From Gammaproteobacteria bacterium (GTDB taxonomy: Bacteria > Pseudomonadota > Gammaproteobacteria > Arenicellales > CAJQKF01), in NCBI GenBank assembly GCA_030429665.1, contig JAUIEZ010000007.1:7877-71876 (forward strand): a stretch of DNA of 64,000 nt, in the 5' to 3' direction. The first letter of the stretch is position 1, and each line of letters starts with the position of its first letter. Of the stretch, positions 46,284-56,180 are shown piece by piece. Position numbers and translations under genes: made by a program. The notes beneath the pieces are model-generated. The model was not told the DNA's origin. It did not search any database and worked only from the letters and a program-made list of their open reading frames with translations.

Positions 46284-49200
46284 TCACCGGTTGGCGGTCA
46301 ACGTGGGATCAAGTATTCGGGGCGTCAGGAAGATCAACAACTCGGTGCGATTATCGAAATTGTTCTTCTTGCGAAACAGCGCGCCCAGCAACGGAATGTC
46401 GCCGAGCAACGGCACCTTGGTGGTCGAATGCGACTTCTGCTGCTCGTAGATACCGCCGATCACCACCGTTTCACCGTTGTCCAGCAACACCTTGGTGCGG
46501 ATCTGCTTGGTGTTGATGGTGGCGTCGTCCGCCGCCGCGAAGGAATCCTTGGTGACGAAGACATCCAGCACCAGTCGGTTGTCCGGGGTGATTTGCGGCG
46601 TGACCGTCAGACCGAGAACGGCTTTCTTGGTGACCACGCCGCCCTCGCCGAGCACGCTGGTCGTGAATACCCTCTCCTGCCCCTGTTCGATGCGGGCCTC
46701 GGTCTGGTCGGCGGTCAGTAGCCGCGGATTCGCGATAACCTTGCCGGTACCCTCGGCCTCGAGCGCGGAAATCTCGAGGTCGATCAGGTGCGAAAATCCC
46801 GATCCCGCCTTGGCCAGGGTGAACGCGTAGGACGCCGCGTCGATGCCGCTCGCGCCGTCCGCCGGCAGGTTGACGCTGACGCCGCCGCGATCGCCCACGG
46901 ATCCGCCGGCACGTACCGCGTCGTTGTCCTCGATCGAGGCCGAACCGATCGCGGTGCCGAGGTTGGAGTCGCTCACGCCGGGGAACCGCGCGTTTTCCGT
47001 CACCCGGGTAAAACCCAGCCGCGCGCCGATGTTGCGGCTGAAGTCATCGTTCGCCTCGACGATGCGGGTCTCGATGAGCACCTGTCGAACCGGCCGGTCG
47101 AGCTGAGCGATCAGCTTGCGAACCTCGCGAATCTTCTCGCGGGTATCCTGGATCAGGATGGTGTTGGTGCGCGCGTCGACGGTCACGTTGCCCCGCTCGG
47201 ACAACAAGGTGTTGCTCTCCGTCTCGATCTGGCTGATCGAAACGCTGCCGAACAGCGACTGCTCGTAACCGGTGTCCACTGCGCGGACCGACTTGAGAAT
47301 CGCCGCGATATCCGCCGCCTTGGCGTAGTTGACCTGGATGAGCTCGGACACCAGCGGTTCGAGTTCGGACACCTGGTTCTGCGCCTCGAGCGCCTGGCGT
47401 TCCTTGGCGGCGATTTCCTCCGCCGGCGCCACCCATACCACGTTGCCGCGCTGGCGCTTCGCCAGGCCCTTTACCTGGAGAATGGTATCCAGCGCCTGGT
47501 CCCAGGGCACGTCCTGCAGCCGCAGGCTGAGGTCGCCGGTAACGCTGTCGCTGGTGACGAAGTTCAGGCCGGTGAAGTCGGCGATCACCTGGAGCGCGGC
47601 GCGCACGGAGATGCGCTGGAAATTGAACGAGAGACGTTCGCCGACATATCCGAACTCGTCGGGCTCACGCTCCAACTCGCCCTCTGCCACGGGCGACACC
47701 TGCACCGTCAGGGTGTCGCCGACCTGGTAGGACGAGTAGGAATACTGGCCGACCGGACTGACGATCATGCGCGCGCCGGCGCCGGTGAAGAACGTGTCCA
47801 CCGTCTGCACGGGCGTTGCGAAATCGGTCACGTCGAGGCGTTTTTCCAGCGCCGGCGGCAAATCGGTGCCGGGGAAGTCGATGACGATCTCGCCGGCCTC
47901 CTCGCGAACGTCCACGCCGATCTCCGGGCTGGTCAGCTTGACGGTGATCTTGCCGCCGCCCTCGGGCGTGCGTCGAAAGTCGATATCGGAAACGCCGAAG
48001 GCCAGATCGCGCTGCGCGGGCCGCTCGAACGCCGGGCGCTCCCGCGTGGCGCTCGCTACCGGTAAATCGGCCGGCGATTCCATGACCAGGACGAGGCCGT
48101 TGTCCATCTGGCGCTGCTGGAAGTCCACGGGCGCGACGAGGTTCAATATCACCCGCGTGCGATCATCGGTCTCCGCGGTGACGATGCTCTCGAGCGCCCC
48201 GAAGCCCACGCGCTGGATGCTCTCCAGCACGCCGTTGTCGGTGTCGAAGAAATCCAGCACGATGCGCGGCGGTTGATTGGTGCGAAATACGCCGGGTTCG
48301 GTGCCGGCGGCGACGTTGAAGTTCACCTGCAACCGTCCGCCCGGCAACTCCGAGTAGGTAATATTGTCCAGGCGCGGGCGTCCGGCGTCCGGCATCGCGG
48401 CGTCGGTCGCGGCTTGCGCCGGCGGTTGAACCGTCGCTTGCGGCTGCGCCCCGGTCTGCGGTGTCGCGCCGCGATCGGGTAGCGCCGAACCCGTGTCGGC
48501 CAAGGTCGGTGGCGGGGGCACCGCTGCCGGGGCCGCGGGCTGCTGCACCGGCAATTCCACCGGCGCCGGCGGCTCTGGCGCCGTCGACGCGGCAACCTGC
48601 GAGGCCGGCGGCTCGACCGGCATCGGCTCGGCGGACGGCGCCTCGTCAACGACGCCGTCCCGGGCGAGCGGAGCCGCCGGTTCGGCGGGCGGTTCTTCCT
48701 CGACGACGGCGTCTTGCGCGACCGGCTCCGGTTCGCTGGCGGGCGCGGACGTCATGGGGACGGTCGGTTCGACGGGCGGAGGCGACTCGGCCACCGGCGG
48801 TTCCGGCGACGCGGACGGCGGCAGCACCACCCGGGCGCGGTCGTCCGGTGCCGCGTCGGCAACCGGTGGCTCCCCGGCATCGGCGGCCGGCGGCTCGACC
48901 GGATCGGCATCGGACGACGATGCCGGCTCGCTTTCGGCGGTTTGATTCGCCGCCTCGATTTCCGCGAGTACCGCTCGTTCGAGTTCGGTCATCCCGGCAT
49001 AGGCACCGGGGTCTTCCCTGGACGACCGGGGTTCGGTTTCCGGCGCGCTTTCGGCGAGCGCCGAGGCCGGCATCGACGACGCAACGTCGCCAGCGTCTTC
49101 GGCTTCGGCGGTCGTGGCCGTCGACCGGTTGGCGGGCACGCCGTCGCCGCCTTCCACGACCGCCACGCGGTAGCCGTCGGCAGTGCGCGTCACCGCCAGC

Positions 49201-49511
49201 GAACCGGCGGACTTGAGCAGGATGTCGAAATTCGCGCGATCGGGCGAATCCGTTTCGTAGGGAAACACGCCGCGAACGATGCCCGACTCGCCGATGTCAC
49301 GAATGGTCTTGGCCAGGCGCGCATCCGGGAACGAAATCCGCAGCCGGTATCCGTTGTCGAGCACCTCGGTCGTGTACTCGAGTTCGCCGGAGACATCGAC
49401 GGTGAAAACGGCCTCCTCGCCCTCCTGCCACCTGAGCCCCGCCAACTCCTGCGCGAGCGCCGCGCCGGCGAATACCAGCGCGGGAACCATCAAGAGCCGG
49501 GCCACGCGCAT
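46284..49511 (-). CDS. pilQ: Type IV pilus secretin PilQ, unusually long (about 1075 aa)
   Basis: The start is ATG 49511 (MRVARLLMVPALVFAGAALA). It contains two AMIN-like domains, N0/N1 domains and a C-terminal secretin domain (..VVIGGIYEQ..KVPLLGDIPLLGALF). It is the last gene of pilMNOPQ. Confidence 0.9.
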   Translation of the reverse strand: MRVARLLMVPALVFAGAALAQELAGLRWQEGEEAVFTVDVSGELEYTTEVLDNGYRLRISFPDARLAKTIRDIGESGIVRGVFPYETDSPDRANFDILLKSAGSLAVTRTADGYRVAVVEGGDGVPANRSTATTAEAEDAGDVASSMPASALAESAPETEPRSSREDPGAYAGMTELERAVLAEIEAANQTAESEPASSSDADPVEPPAADAGEPPVADAAPDDRARVVLPPSASPEPPVAESPPPVEPTVPMTSAPASEPEPVAQDAVVEEEPPAEPAAPLARDGVVDEAPSAEPMPVEPPASQVAASTAPEPPAPVELPVQQPAAPAAVPPPPTLADTGSALPDRGATPQTGAQPQATVQPPAQAATDAAMPDAGRPRLDNITYSELPGGRLQVNFNVAAGTEPGVFRTNQPPRIVLDFFDTDNGVLESIQRVGFGALESIVTAETDDRTRVILNLVAPVDFQQRQMDNGLVLVMESPADLPVASATRERPAFERPAQRDLAFGVSDIDFRRTPEGGGKITVKLTSPEIGVDVREEAGEIVIDFPGTDLPPALEKRLDVTDFATPVQTVDTFFTGAGARMIVSPVGQYSYSSYQVGDTLTVQVSPVAEGELEREPDEFGYVGERLSFNFQRISVRAALQVIADFTGLNFVTSDSVTGDLSLRLQDVPWDQALDTILQVKGLAKRQRGNVVWVAPAEEIAAKERQALEAQNQVSELEPLVSELIQVNYAKAADIAAILKSVRAVDTGYEQSLFGSVSISQIETESNTLLSERGNVTVDARTNTILIQDTREKIREVRKLIAQLDRPVRQVLIETRIVEANDDFSRNIGARLGFTRVTENARFPGVSDSNLGTAIGSASIEDNDAVRAGGSVGDRGGVSVNLPADGASGIDAASYAFTLAKAGSGFSHLIDLEISALEAEGTGKVIANPRLLTADQTEARIEQGQERVFTTSVLGEGGVVTKKAVLGLTVTPQITPDNRLVLDVFVTKDSFAAADDATINTKQIRTKVLLDNGETVVIGGIYEQQKSHSTTKVPLLGDIPLLGALFRKKNNFDNRTELLIFLTPRILDPTLTANR
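48378..49142 (-). repeat. Low-complexity Pro/Ala/Glu/Val-rich coding linker inside pilQ (about 255 aa between the two AMIN-like domains)
   Basis: Residues about 151-405 of the track ORF are dominated by short PEP/EPP/PPA/APA units (EPPVADAAP, SPEPPVAESPPPVEP, EEPPAEPAAP, EPPAPVELPVQQPAAPAAVPPPP). I saw no exact long DNA tandem unit. Confidence 0.6.
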
Positions 49512-49593
49512 GCGCCATCGCTTACCGCGATAGGGGGATGCGGTCCGTTCGGTCCGGCCCGCCGGGTGTCGTGTTCCGTTTGAACAATTCAAT

Positions 49594-50142
49594 TTACTGT
49601 ACCAAGGTGAGCGTGGCTCGGCGTTCCTGCCATTGGCCCGTCGGTCCTTTAACGACTTCCCGCAGAACGACTTCCTGTTCGTTTATCTCGATAATCTTAC
49701 CATTTTGCCTTCCGACGTGGTTACCGAGGGTTACCGTGTGGGTTCCGCCGTCGGGCGTGCCGATCAGCGCCCAGTTCCGCCCTTCGCGCGACATGGTACC
49801 GTACATTGACAGCGAATCGAGCGGAAACTGCTCCAGCGGCTCGCGGCGCCGCTGCGGCTCGAACACGTCCCCGGCATCGTCGGTCCCCGCCACCGGGTCG
49901 TTGCGGCGCAGGTTCAGCGACAGAAACGGGTCCACGAATTCCTCGCCGGCGTAGATGTAACTTTCATAGGGCTCAAGCTGGGGAATCGGCTCGACCTCCG
50001 GCCGCGCGTCCTTGAAGGCGTCGCGTGTGAACTGGCGCAAGTCATCGAGCTCGGGGGCCGGCGTGCAACCGGCTGCCAGCGCGCAAAGCGCCGCCGTGCA
50101 GACGGCGGCGCGCAGGACGTCGATGATTTGCCCGCTGCTCAC
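49594..50142 (-). CDS. pilP: Type IV pilus assembly lipoprotein PilP
   Basis: The lipobox is LAAGC. The C-terminal beta-domain (WALIGTPDGGTHTVTLGNHVGRQNGKIIEI) is present, and the gene sits between pilO and pilQ. Confidence 0.85.
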   Translation of the reverse strand: MSSGQIIDVLRAAVCTAALCALAAGCTPAPELDDLRQFTRDAFKDARPEVEPIPQLEPYESYIYAGEEFVDPFLSLNLRRNDPVAGTDDAGDVFEPQRRREPLEQFPLDSLSMYGTMSREGRNWALIGTPDGGTHTVTLGNHVGRQNGKIIEINEQEVVLREVVKGPTGQWQERRATLTLVQ

Positions 50143-50146
50143 CGTG

Positions 50147-50779
50147 TCAGTCCCTCACCGTGCGAACCGGCTTGGCGTTTCGCGCCGGTGCCGCTTCCTG
50201 CTCGTCGAGGTAGCGGTAGGTCTTGACCACCGCGCTGACATTGAGCTGACCGTTCGGCCGCCCGTCCATCGACAGGTTCCCCACGGTAACGATGCGCGGC
50301 AGAGCCGACAGGTCGCTGACGAACTGGCCGAACTGGTGATACGTGCCGCTGACGCGAAGGTCGATGGGCAAGGTGGCGTAGAAATCCCCTACCTGCTCGC
50401 GCTGAGGCTTGAACAGGGCGAAGTTCAGTCCCCGCGCGAGCCCGGCCTGGGTAATGTCGATGAGCAACTGCGGAACCTCCGTCTCGTCGGGAAGCTGATC
50501 GACGAGAACGCCGAAAGACTCCTCCATTTTCGCCAGTTGCTCGCGATAGACCGGCAGATTGATGGCCTTGCCCTTGCGGTCGAGAAATACGTTGCGCAGG
50601 TTGGCTTCCTCGCGCTCGAGGCGGTCGAGTTCCTCGATCTGGATACTGATCAGGAAGTGGTAACCGGCATACAGTATGCCGCCGAACACCAACAGCACGA
50701 CAAACGTCTTGAACCATTGCGGCCAAGTCGAAAGATCGGCGATATCGATTTCCTGCAGTTCGGAAAGATTGATAGCCAT
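50147..50779 (-). CDS. pilO: Type IV pilus assembly protein PilO
   Basis: It has a single N-terminal TM segment, a coiled-coil and a ferredoxin-like domain. Its position in the pilMNOPQ order supports the call. Confidence 0.85.
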   Translation of the reverse strand: MAINLSELQEIDIADLSTWPQWFKTFVVLLVFGGILYAGYHFLISIQIEELDRLEREEANLRNVFLDRKGKAINLPVYREQLAKMEESFGVLVDQLPDETEVPQLLIDITQAGLARGLNFALFKPQREQVGDFYATLPIDLRVSGTYHQFGQFVSDLSALPRIVTVGNLSMDGRPNGQLNVSAVVKTYRYLDEQEAAPARNAKPVRTVRD

Positions 50780-50792
50780 GATGCCGCTCCCG

Positions 50793-51368
50793 TCAACCCG
50801 ACCGTCGCCGATCGTCTTCCGCCACGGGGCGGCCGGCTCGCTTGATTTCGAGCGTGAAGGCGCTCACCCGGCCGCTGGCGTCGTTGACCACGTTGATCAC
50901 GTCGAGCTCTGGGTCGTGGAACCACTGAGAATCCTCGAGATTGGTCATGAATGCCGAGACGCGGGCATTTGACTGCGCGCGGCCCTTCACCGTCACCACC
51001 TCGTCACGGCGAACGAGCCCGGTGAGAAACACGCCCTCGGGCAGGATGCGCACCAGATCATCGACGATGCGAACCAGTTCGGTGCGATTCTGTTGCAGAT
51101 CCTGGATGACCTGCATACGCGCGATCAGCTCGTCGCGCCGCTTCTTGAGCGCGTCGATTTCCTTGATCTCGTCTTCCAGGGCGGCGATCTCGGTGCGGAG
51201 GAACCCGTTGCGGGCATTCTGGTTGTCCTTGCGCATCTCCATGTACTGGTACGCGCCGAGCACCAGCACGCCGGCAAAAACCCAGGTGCCGACGGCGGCG
51301 GCCACCATCTGTTTGGAACGCCGCTCGCGTAACTCCTCGCGCCACGGCAACAGGTTGATTCCGCTCAT
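50793..51368 (-). CDS. pilN: Type IV pilus assembly protein PilN
   Basis: The conserved N-terminus INLLPWRE is present. An ATGA overlap joins it to the pilM stop. Confidence 0.85.
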   Translation of the reverse strand: MSGINLLPWREELRERRSKQMVAAAVGTWVFAGVLVLGAYQYMEMRKDNQNARNGFLRTEIAALEDEIKEIDALKKRRDELIARMQVIQDLQQNRTELVRIVDDLVRILPEGVFLTGLVRRDEVVTVKGRAQSNARVSAFMTNLEDSQWFHDPELDVINVVNDASGRVSAFTLEIKRAGRPVAEDDRRRSG

Positions 51369-52423
51369 CTGGCAGCACCTCTCATGGCCAGGCCGCAGGC
51401 GGTGAACAGGACCGGCCCATAACGCATGAGACGATCCTTCGACACCGCCGACGACAACTTGGTGTTGGCGAAGGGATAGGCAAGCCGCGCCGTGACACCG
51501 GTCTTCTCGCCGATACGGTCCACCGCGCCGTGCAGGCCCGCGCTTCCGCCGGTGACGAAAACATAGTCCACCTTGCTGAACTGGGTCGACGAGATGAACA
51601 ACTGTATCGCCCGGTTGGCCTCGACGGCCATGGACTCGATGAACGGCTCGAGAAGATCCGTACGATAGTTCTCGGGCAGGTCTCCGCCGCGCTTCTTGTT
51701 CTCCGCCTCGGTATAACTGATCCCGAATCGGCGCTGGATGCTCTCGGTGAGCGACTTGCCGCCAAACGGGTAGTCGCGGTGGTAGACGAGCCGGCGCCGG
51801 TTGAGCACGTACAGGTGACTGGCGGTCGTGCCGTAATCGACGATGGCGACGACCTTCTCGACGCCGTCACCCGACAGCGACGGCGCAACCAACTCGAAGG
51901 CGCGCTGGTTGGCCAGCGAGTTGATGTCGACGATGCGCGCCTTGAGCCCGCCCGCCTCGAGGGCGCCAACGCGCTCGTCGACGATGTCCTTGCGGCAGGC
52001 GGCCAGCATGACCTCGTCGTTGGCGGGGTTTTCCACGGAAGGCGAGAGCATTTCGAAATCCAGGTTCACCTCGCCGATGGAGTAGGGAATGTAGTGTTCG
52101 GCCTCGATTTCGACCTGCTGCTCCAGGTCCTTGCCGGTCAGCCCGCCGGGCACGTTGATCACCTTGCTGATCGCCTGCGCAGCGGCGACGCCCGCCACGG
52201 CGTGGCTCCGTCGGCTGCCGGCCTTTTTCATGGCGGCGCGAATGGCCTTGCCTACGCGATCGATGTCGGTAATCGAGTTTTCCACAACGATATTGCGGGG
52301 CAGCGGTTCGACGGCGAATCGTTCCACGCGGTAGTGACCCCGGTTTTCTGTCATTTCCATGACTTTGACCGCCGCCGAACCGATGTCGACTCCGACGGCC
52401 AGGGGACTTTTTTTGCTAAACAC
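51365..52423 (-). CDS. pilM: Type IV pilus assembly ATP-binding (actin-like) protein PilM
   Basis: The sequence (VGVDIGSAAVKVMEM..) has the FtsA/actin fold. It is the first gene of the pil operon and divergent from mrcA. Confidence 0.9.
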   Translation of the reverse strand: MFSKKSPLAVGVDIGSAAVKVMEMTENRGHYRVERFAVEPLPRNIVVENSITDIDRVGKAIRAAMKKAGSRRSHAVAGVAAAQAISKVINVPGGLTGKDLEQQVEIEAEHYIPYSIGEVNLDFEMLSPSVENPANDEVMLAACRKDIVDERVGALEAGGLKARIVDINSLANQRAFELVAPSLSGDGVEKVVAIVDYGTTASHLYVLNRRRLVYHRDYPFGGKSLTESIQRRFGISYTEAENKKRGGDLPENYRTDLLEPFIESMAVEANRAIQLFISSTQFSKVDYVFVTGGSAGLHGAVDRIGEKTGVTARLAYPFANTKLSSAVSKDRLMRYGPVLFTACGLAMRGAAR

Positions 52424-52693
52424 TAACCTTTACTTTTTATAGAGTTGTATCGACCATTTGAAGAATATACTTCACAATATGGGATAACGCCAGATGCCGG
52501 GTTTGCAGAAATCAACCCCCCTGCCTGGACGCGTCACGATCCCCGCCGCGACCTCGCAACGTTGTTACCCTTGCACCGAAACTATCGGTCCGTTCTGTTA
52601 TGATAGCTAATTATCCGCGCCGCGACAGGAAAACACCCGCCACGTGTCGGGTCGATTCGCCACCCCGTCTGAAATCCGTGCCCCCGCTACGTC

Positions 52694-55087
52694 ATGTCGA
52701 CACATAGATTCACCGGTAGATCGTCGGCGATGACCTGGTTCAGGCGCATCGCGTTCGGCATTGTCGCGCTTGGCGTCGCGGGCGCGGTGGCCGGCGGCAT
52801 CCTGATCTACCAGCTCACCCCGACGTTGCCCTCCATCGAGAGCATTCGCGACATCCAGCTCAAGGTGCCGCTGCGCGTGTTCACCGTCGACGGACAGCTG
52901 ATCGGGGAGTACGGCGACTACCGGCGCACGCCGACCAGCATCGACGAGGTGCCGCCGCTGATGATCCAGGCCATCCTCGCGGCCGAGGACGACGGCTTCT
53001 ACGAGCATCACGGCGTGGACATTCCCGGCATCGTTCGCGCCCTCGTCGCCAACTTGCGAAGCGGCGGTCACGGGCAGGGCGCGAGCACCATCACCATGCA
53101 GGTGGCGCGCAACTATTTCCTGACCCGCGAGAAAACCTACACGCGCAAGGTAAAGGAAATCCTGCTCTCCCTGCGCCTGGAGCAGGCGTTGACCAAGGAC
53201 GAGATCCTCGAGTTGTACATCAACAAGATCTTTCTCGGTCACCGCTCCTACGGCTTCCAGGCCGCGGCGCTTTTCTATTACGACAAGCCCCTCGCCGACC
53301 TCACGGTCGCCGAGATCGCCATGCTCGCCGGACTGCCCAAGGCGCCGTCGCGCAGCAATCCGTTGACCAATCCCGAGGCGGCCGTGGTCCGGCGCAATTA
53401 CGTCCTGCGTCGCATGAACGAACTCGACTACATCGACGAGGCGACCTATCAGGCCGCCAGCGCGGCGCCGGTCACGGCCGACCGCCACGTGTCGCCGGTC
53501 GACGTCGAGGCGCCCTTCGTCGCCGAGATGGCGCGCGACTACATCTACGACAAGTACGGGGATCGCGCCTACGAATCCGGGTTTCAGATCTACACGACGA
53601 TTTCCGGCAAGAACCAGGAGGCCGCCAACGCCGCCCTGCGCAAGGGACTGGTCGCCTACGACCAGCGCCACGGCTACCGCGGCGCGATCGGCAACATCGA
53701 CCCCGCATCGGTGGCCGACGAAAAGGCGCTCGCGCAGGCACTGAAGGAGTACCCGCGCAGCTCGCCGATCGAGCCGGCGCTCGTGGTCGCCGCCGACAGC
53801 GACCTGATCCAGGCTTACGCGCCCGGACTGGGCCAGGTCAGCATCGACGAGGACGGCTGGTCGTGGGCGATGGACAACCCCGCGGAACGACTCGAAGTCG
53901 GCGATATCGTCCACGTCGCGCCGCGAACGGACTCCACGCTGTGGACGCTGTCGCAGATCCCGGAGGTAGCCGGCGCGCTCGTTTCCCTGAACCCGAACGA
54001 CGGCGCCATCCTCGCGCTGACCGGCGGCTTCGACTATTACCTCGGCAAGTTCAACCGCGCGACCCAGGCACGCCGCCAACCCGGCTCCAATCTCAAGCCG
54101 TTCATCTACTCGGCCGCCCTCAACAACGGCTTCACCGCGGCCACGCTCGTCAGCGGCGCACCCATCGTGGTGGAAGATCCGGTCGAGGGCACCTGGCGGC
54201 CGGAAAACTACAGCGGCAAGTTCTACGGGCCGACGCGCATCCGCGAGGCGCTGACCCGCTCGATGAACCTGGTATCGGTGCGCATCCTTCGCGCCATGGG
54301 CCTGCCGGTGGTGCTGGATCACCTCGAGACCTTCGGCTTCGATCGTGACCAGCTGCCCAAGGGCCTTTCCCTGGCGCTGGGCACGGCCACCCTGACGCCG
54401 CTGGAGATGGTCTCCGCCTATGCCGTGTTCGCCAACGGCGGTTATCGCGTCGAGCCTTACTATATCGCGCGCGTCGAGGACCAGGACGGCGCCATCGTGG
54501 AATACTCGAACCGCACCCGGGTGTGCGAGACCTGCGAGGTCGCCGAATCCACGTTGGTCAACGACCCCGACTCCATCGACCCGCGTTACGCCAGACAGGT
54601 GCTGTCGCCGGAGAACACGTACATCATGACCTCCATCATGCGTGACGTGATCCGCTCGGGCACCGGCCGGCAGGCGATGCAGCTTGGCCGTAACGACCTC
54701 GCCGGCAAGACCGGCACCACCAACGACTTCCGAGACGCCTGGTTCTCGGGCTTCAACGGCGACGTGGTCACCACGGTCTGGGTCGGCTTCGACCAGCCGC
54801 AGAGCCTCGGCCGCGCGGAATCGGGCGCAAAGGCGGCGCTGCCGATCTGGATCGACTACATGAAGGTCGCGCTCGAAGGCGTCCCGGAAACCGAACTCGA
54901 GGTACCCGAGAACGTCGTCACCGGTTACGTCAGTCGCGAAACCGGCGAGGCGGTGCTGTCGAACAGCCCGGACGGATACCGGGAGTACTTCATCATGGGT
55001 ACCGAGCCGCAGGTCGGCGTCACCGAGGCCGACCTGGCCCGGGACATGAACCGCCCCGAACAGCGCAAGGTCGAGGACCTGTTCTAG
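52694..55087 (+). CDS. mrcA: Penicillin-binding protein 1A (bifunctional transglycosylase/transpeptidase)
   Basis: GT51 motifs are EDDGFYEHHGVD and RKVKE. Transpeptidase motifs are SNLK (SxxK), SMN (SxN) and KTGTTN. Confidence 0.92.
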   Translation: MSTHRFTGRSSAMTWFRRIAFGIVALGVAGAVAGGILIYQLTPTLPSIESIRDIQLKVPLRVFTVDGQLIGEYGDYRRTPTSIDEVPPLMIQAILAAEDDGFYEHHGVDIPGIVRALVANLRSGGHGQGASTITMQVARNYFLTREKTYTRKVKEILLSLRLEQALTKDEILELYINKIFLGHRSYGFQAAALFYYDKPLADLTVAEIAMLAGLPKAPSRSNPLTNPEAAVVRRNYVLRRMNELDYIDEATYQAASAAPVTADRHVSPVDVEAPFVAEMARDYIYDKYGDRAYESGFQIYTTISGKNQEAANAALRKGLVAYDQRHGYRGAIGNIDPASVADEKALAQALKEYPRSSPIEPALVVAADSDLIQAYAPGLGQVSIDEDGWSWAMDNPAERLEVGDIVHVAPRTDSTLWTLSQIPEVAGALVSLNPNDGAILALTGGFDYYLGKFNRATQARRQPGSNLKPFIYSAALNNGFTAATLVSGAPIVVEDPVEGTWRPENYSGKFYGPTRIREALTRSMNLVSVRILRAMGLPVVLDHLETFGFDRDQLPKGLSLALGTATLTPLEMVSAYAVFANGGYRVEPYYIARVEDQDGAIVEYSNRTRVCETCEVAESTLVNDPDSIDPRYARQVLSPENTYIMTSIMRDVIRSGTGRQAMQLGRNDLAGKTGTTNDFRDAWFSGFNGDVVTTVWVGFDQPQSLGRAESGAKAALPIWIDYMKVALEGVPETELEVPENVVTGYVSRETGEAVLSNSPDGYREYFIMGTEPQVGVTEADLARDMNRPEQRKVEDLF

Positions 55088-55142
55088 GCCCGGGAAAGGA
55101 GTCGAATCATGTGCCGAGCCGGCTCCGCCCGGCCGGCCCCTC

Positions 55143-55997
55143 CTACCGTTGCGAGTCGCGCGCCAGCCGGTACAGCACCTGGCTGCTCGCACCGGTGACC
55201 TTGGCGATGATTCGCGCCGCACGCTTGGGCGGCAGGACCTCGCCAAGTTCGCGCACCGCCTCCACCCATTCCGGTCGGCAGTCGGCTCCGGGCGCCTGCT
55301 CGGCGCCGGCCAGCACCACCACGAACTCGCCGCGCCGCCGGTCGTCATCCGACCGAAGCCATTCGCCGAGGCGCTCCAGCGTGTCGACGTGGATGCTCTC
55401 GTAGCGCTTGGTCAGTTCGCGGCACAGCGCGGCGCGCCGGTCGCCGCCGAAGACAAGCGCCATGTCCGCGACACAGGAAACGATCCGATGCGGCGACTCG
55501 TAAAACACCATGGTCCGCGCCTCCGTGGCCAGCGAGCCGAGCGCGGCGCGGCGCGCGGCGGAAGCGGCGGGGAGAAATCCCTCAAAGGCGAAGCGCGCCG
55601 CGCCGACGCCGCAGGCACTCAACGCGGCAGTCAGCGCGCACGGCCCGGGCACGGGCGATACGATCACGCCCGCCTCGCGCGCCAGGTTAACCAGCCGGTG
55701 GCCCGGGTCGGAGACCAGCGGGGTACCGGCATCCGAGACCAGGGCCACCGAATCGCCGCCCAGCAACCGGTCCACCAGCGCCGGCGCGCGCTGTACCTCA
55801 TTATGTTCGTGGAGCGAAACCGTTTGCGTGTTTATCGCGAGATGGCGCAGCAGCTTGAGCGTGTGTCGAGTGTCCTCGGCGGCAACGAGCGCGACCGAAC
55901 GCAACGTTTCGATCGCGCGCGCGCTGATGTCGTCGAGATTGCCGATGGGCGTCGCCACGATATAAAGCGTGCCGCGCACCGCTGGAAGTCCTGCCAT
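55143..55997 (-). CDS. rsmI: 16S rRNA (cytidine1402-2'-O)-methyltransferase
   Basis: The motif LYIVATPIGNLDDISARA..LVAAEDTR is present. The start is ATG 55997, with ATG 56057 as an alternative. The gene is divergent from lpoA, as in many gammaproteobacteria. Confidence 0.88.
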   Translation of the reverse strand: MAGLPAVRGTLYIVATPIGNLDDISARAIETLRSVALVAAEDTRHTLKLLRHLAINTQTVSLHEHNEVQRAPALVDRLLGGDSVALVSDAGTPLVSDPGHRLVNLAREAGVIVSPVPGPCALTAALSACGVGAARFAFEGFLPAASAARRAALGSLATEARTMVFYESPHRIVSCVADMALVFGGDRRAALCRELTKRYESIHVDTLERLGEWLRSDDDRRRGEFVVVLAGAEQAPGADCRPEWVEAVRELGEVLPPKRAARIIAKVTGASSQVLYRLARDSQR

Positions 55998-56180
55998 GTC
56001 CTGGGGTCCTCGTCGCCGCGGCCTCGCGGGGCGCGCGATGTCGCCCATCGAGGTCATGGAATTTTACGTTCCGTCCATGTCGCCGGTCGCGCGCGCCGCC
56101 GGGTGCGCCATGCATCCCAATTCGCGCCTTTACCCTTTAGAATAAACGGCCCTCTCAACGCCCGATGTATACTCGCGCTG

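Noticed and set aside
48378-49142. The PilQ linker considered as a DNA-level tandem repeat or VNTR.
   Set aside because: The protein is compositionally repetitive, but I could not find an exact repeating nucleotide unit of constant period. I annotated it only as low complexity.
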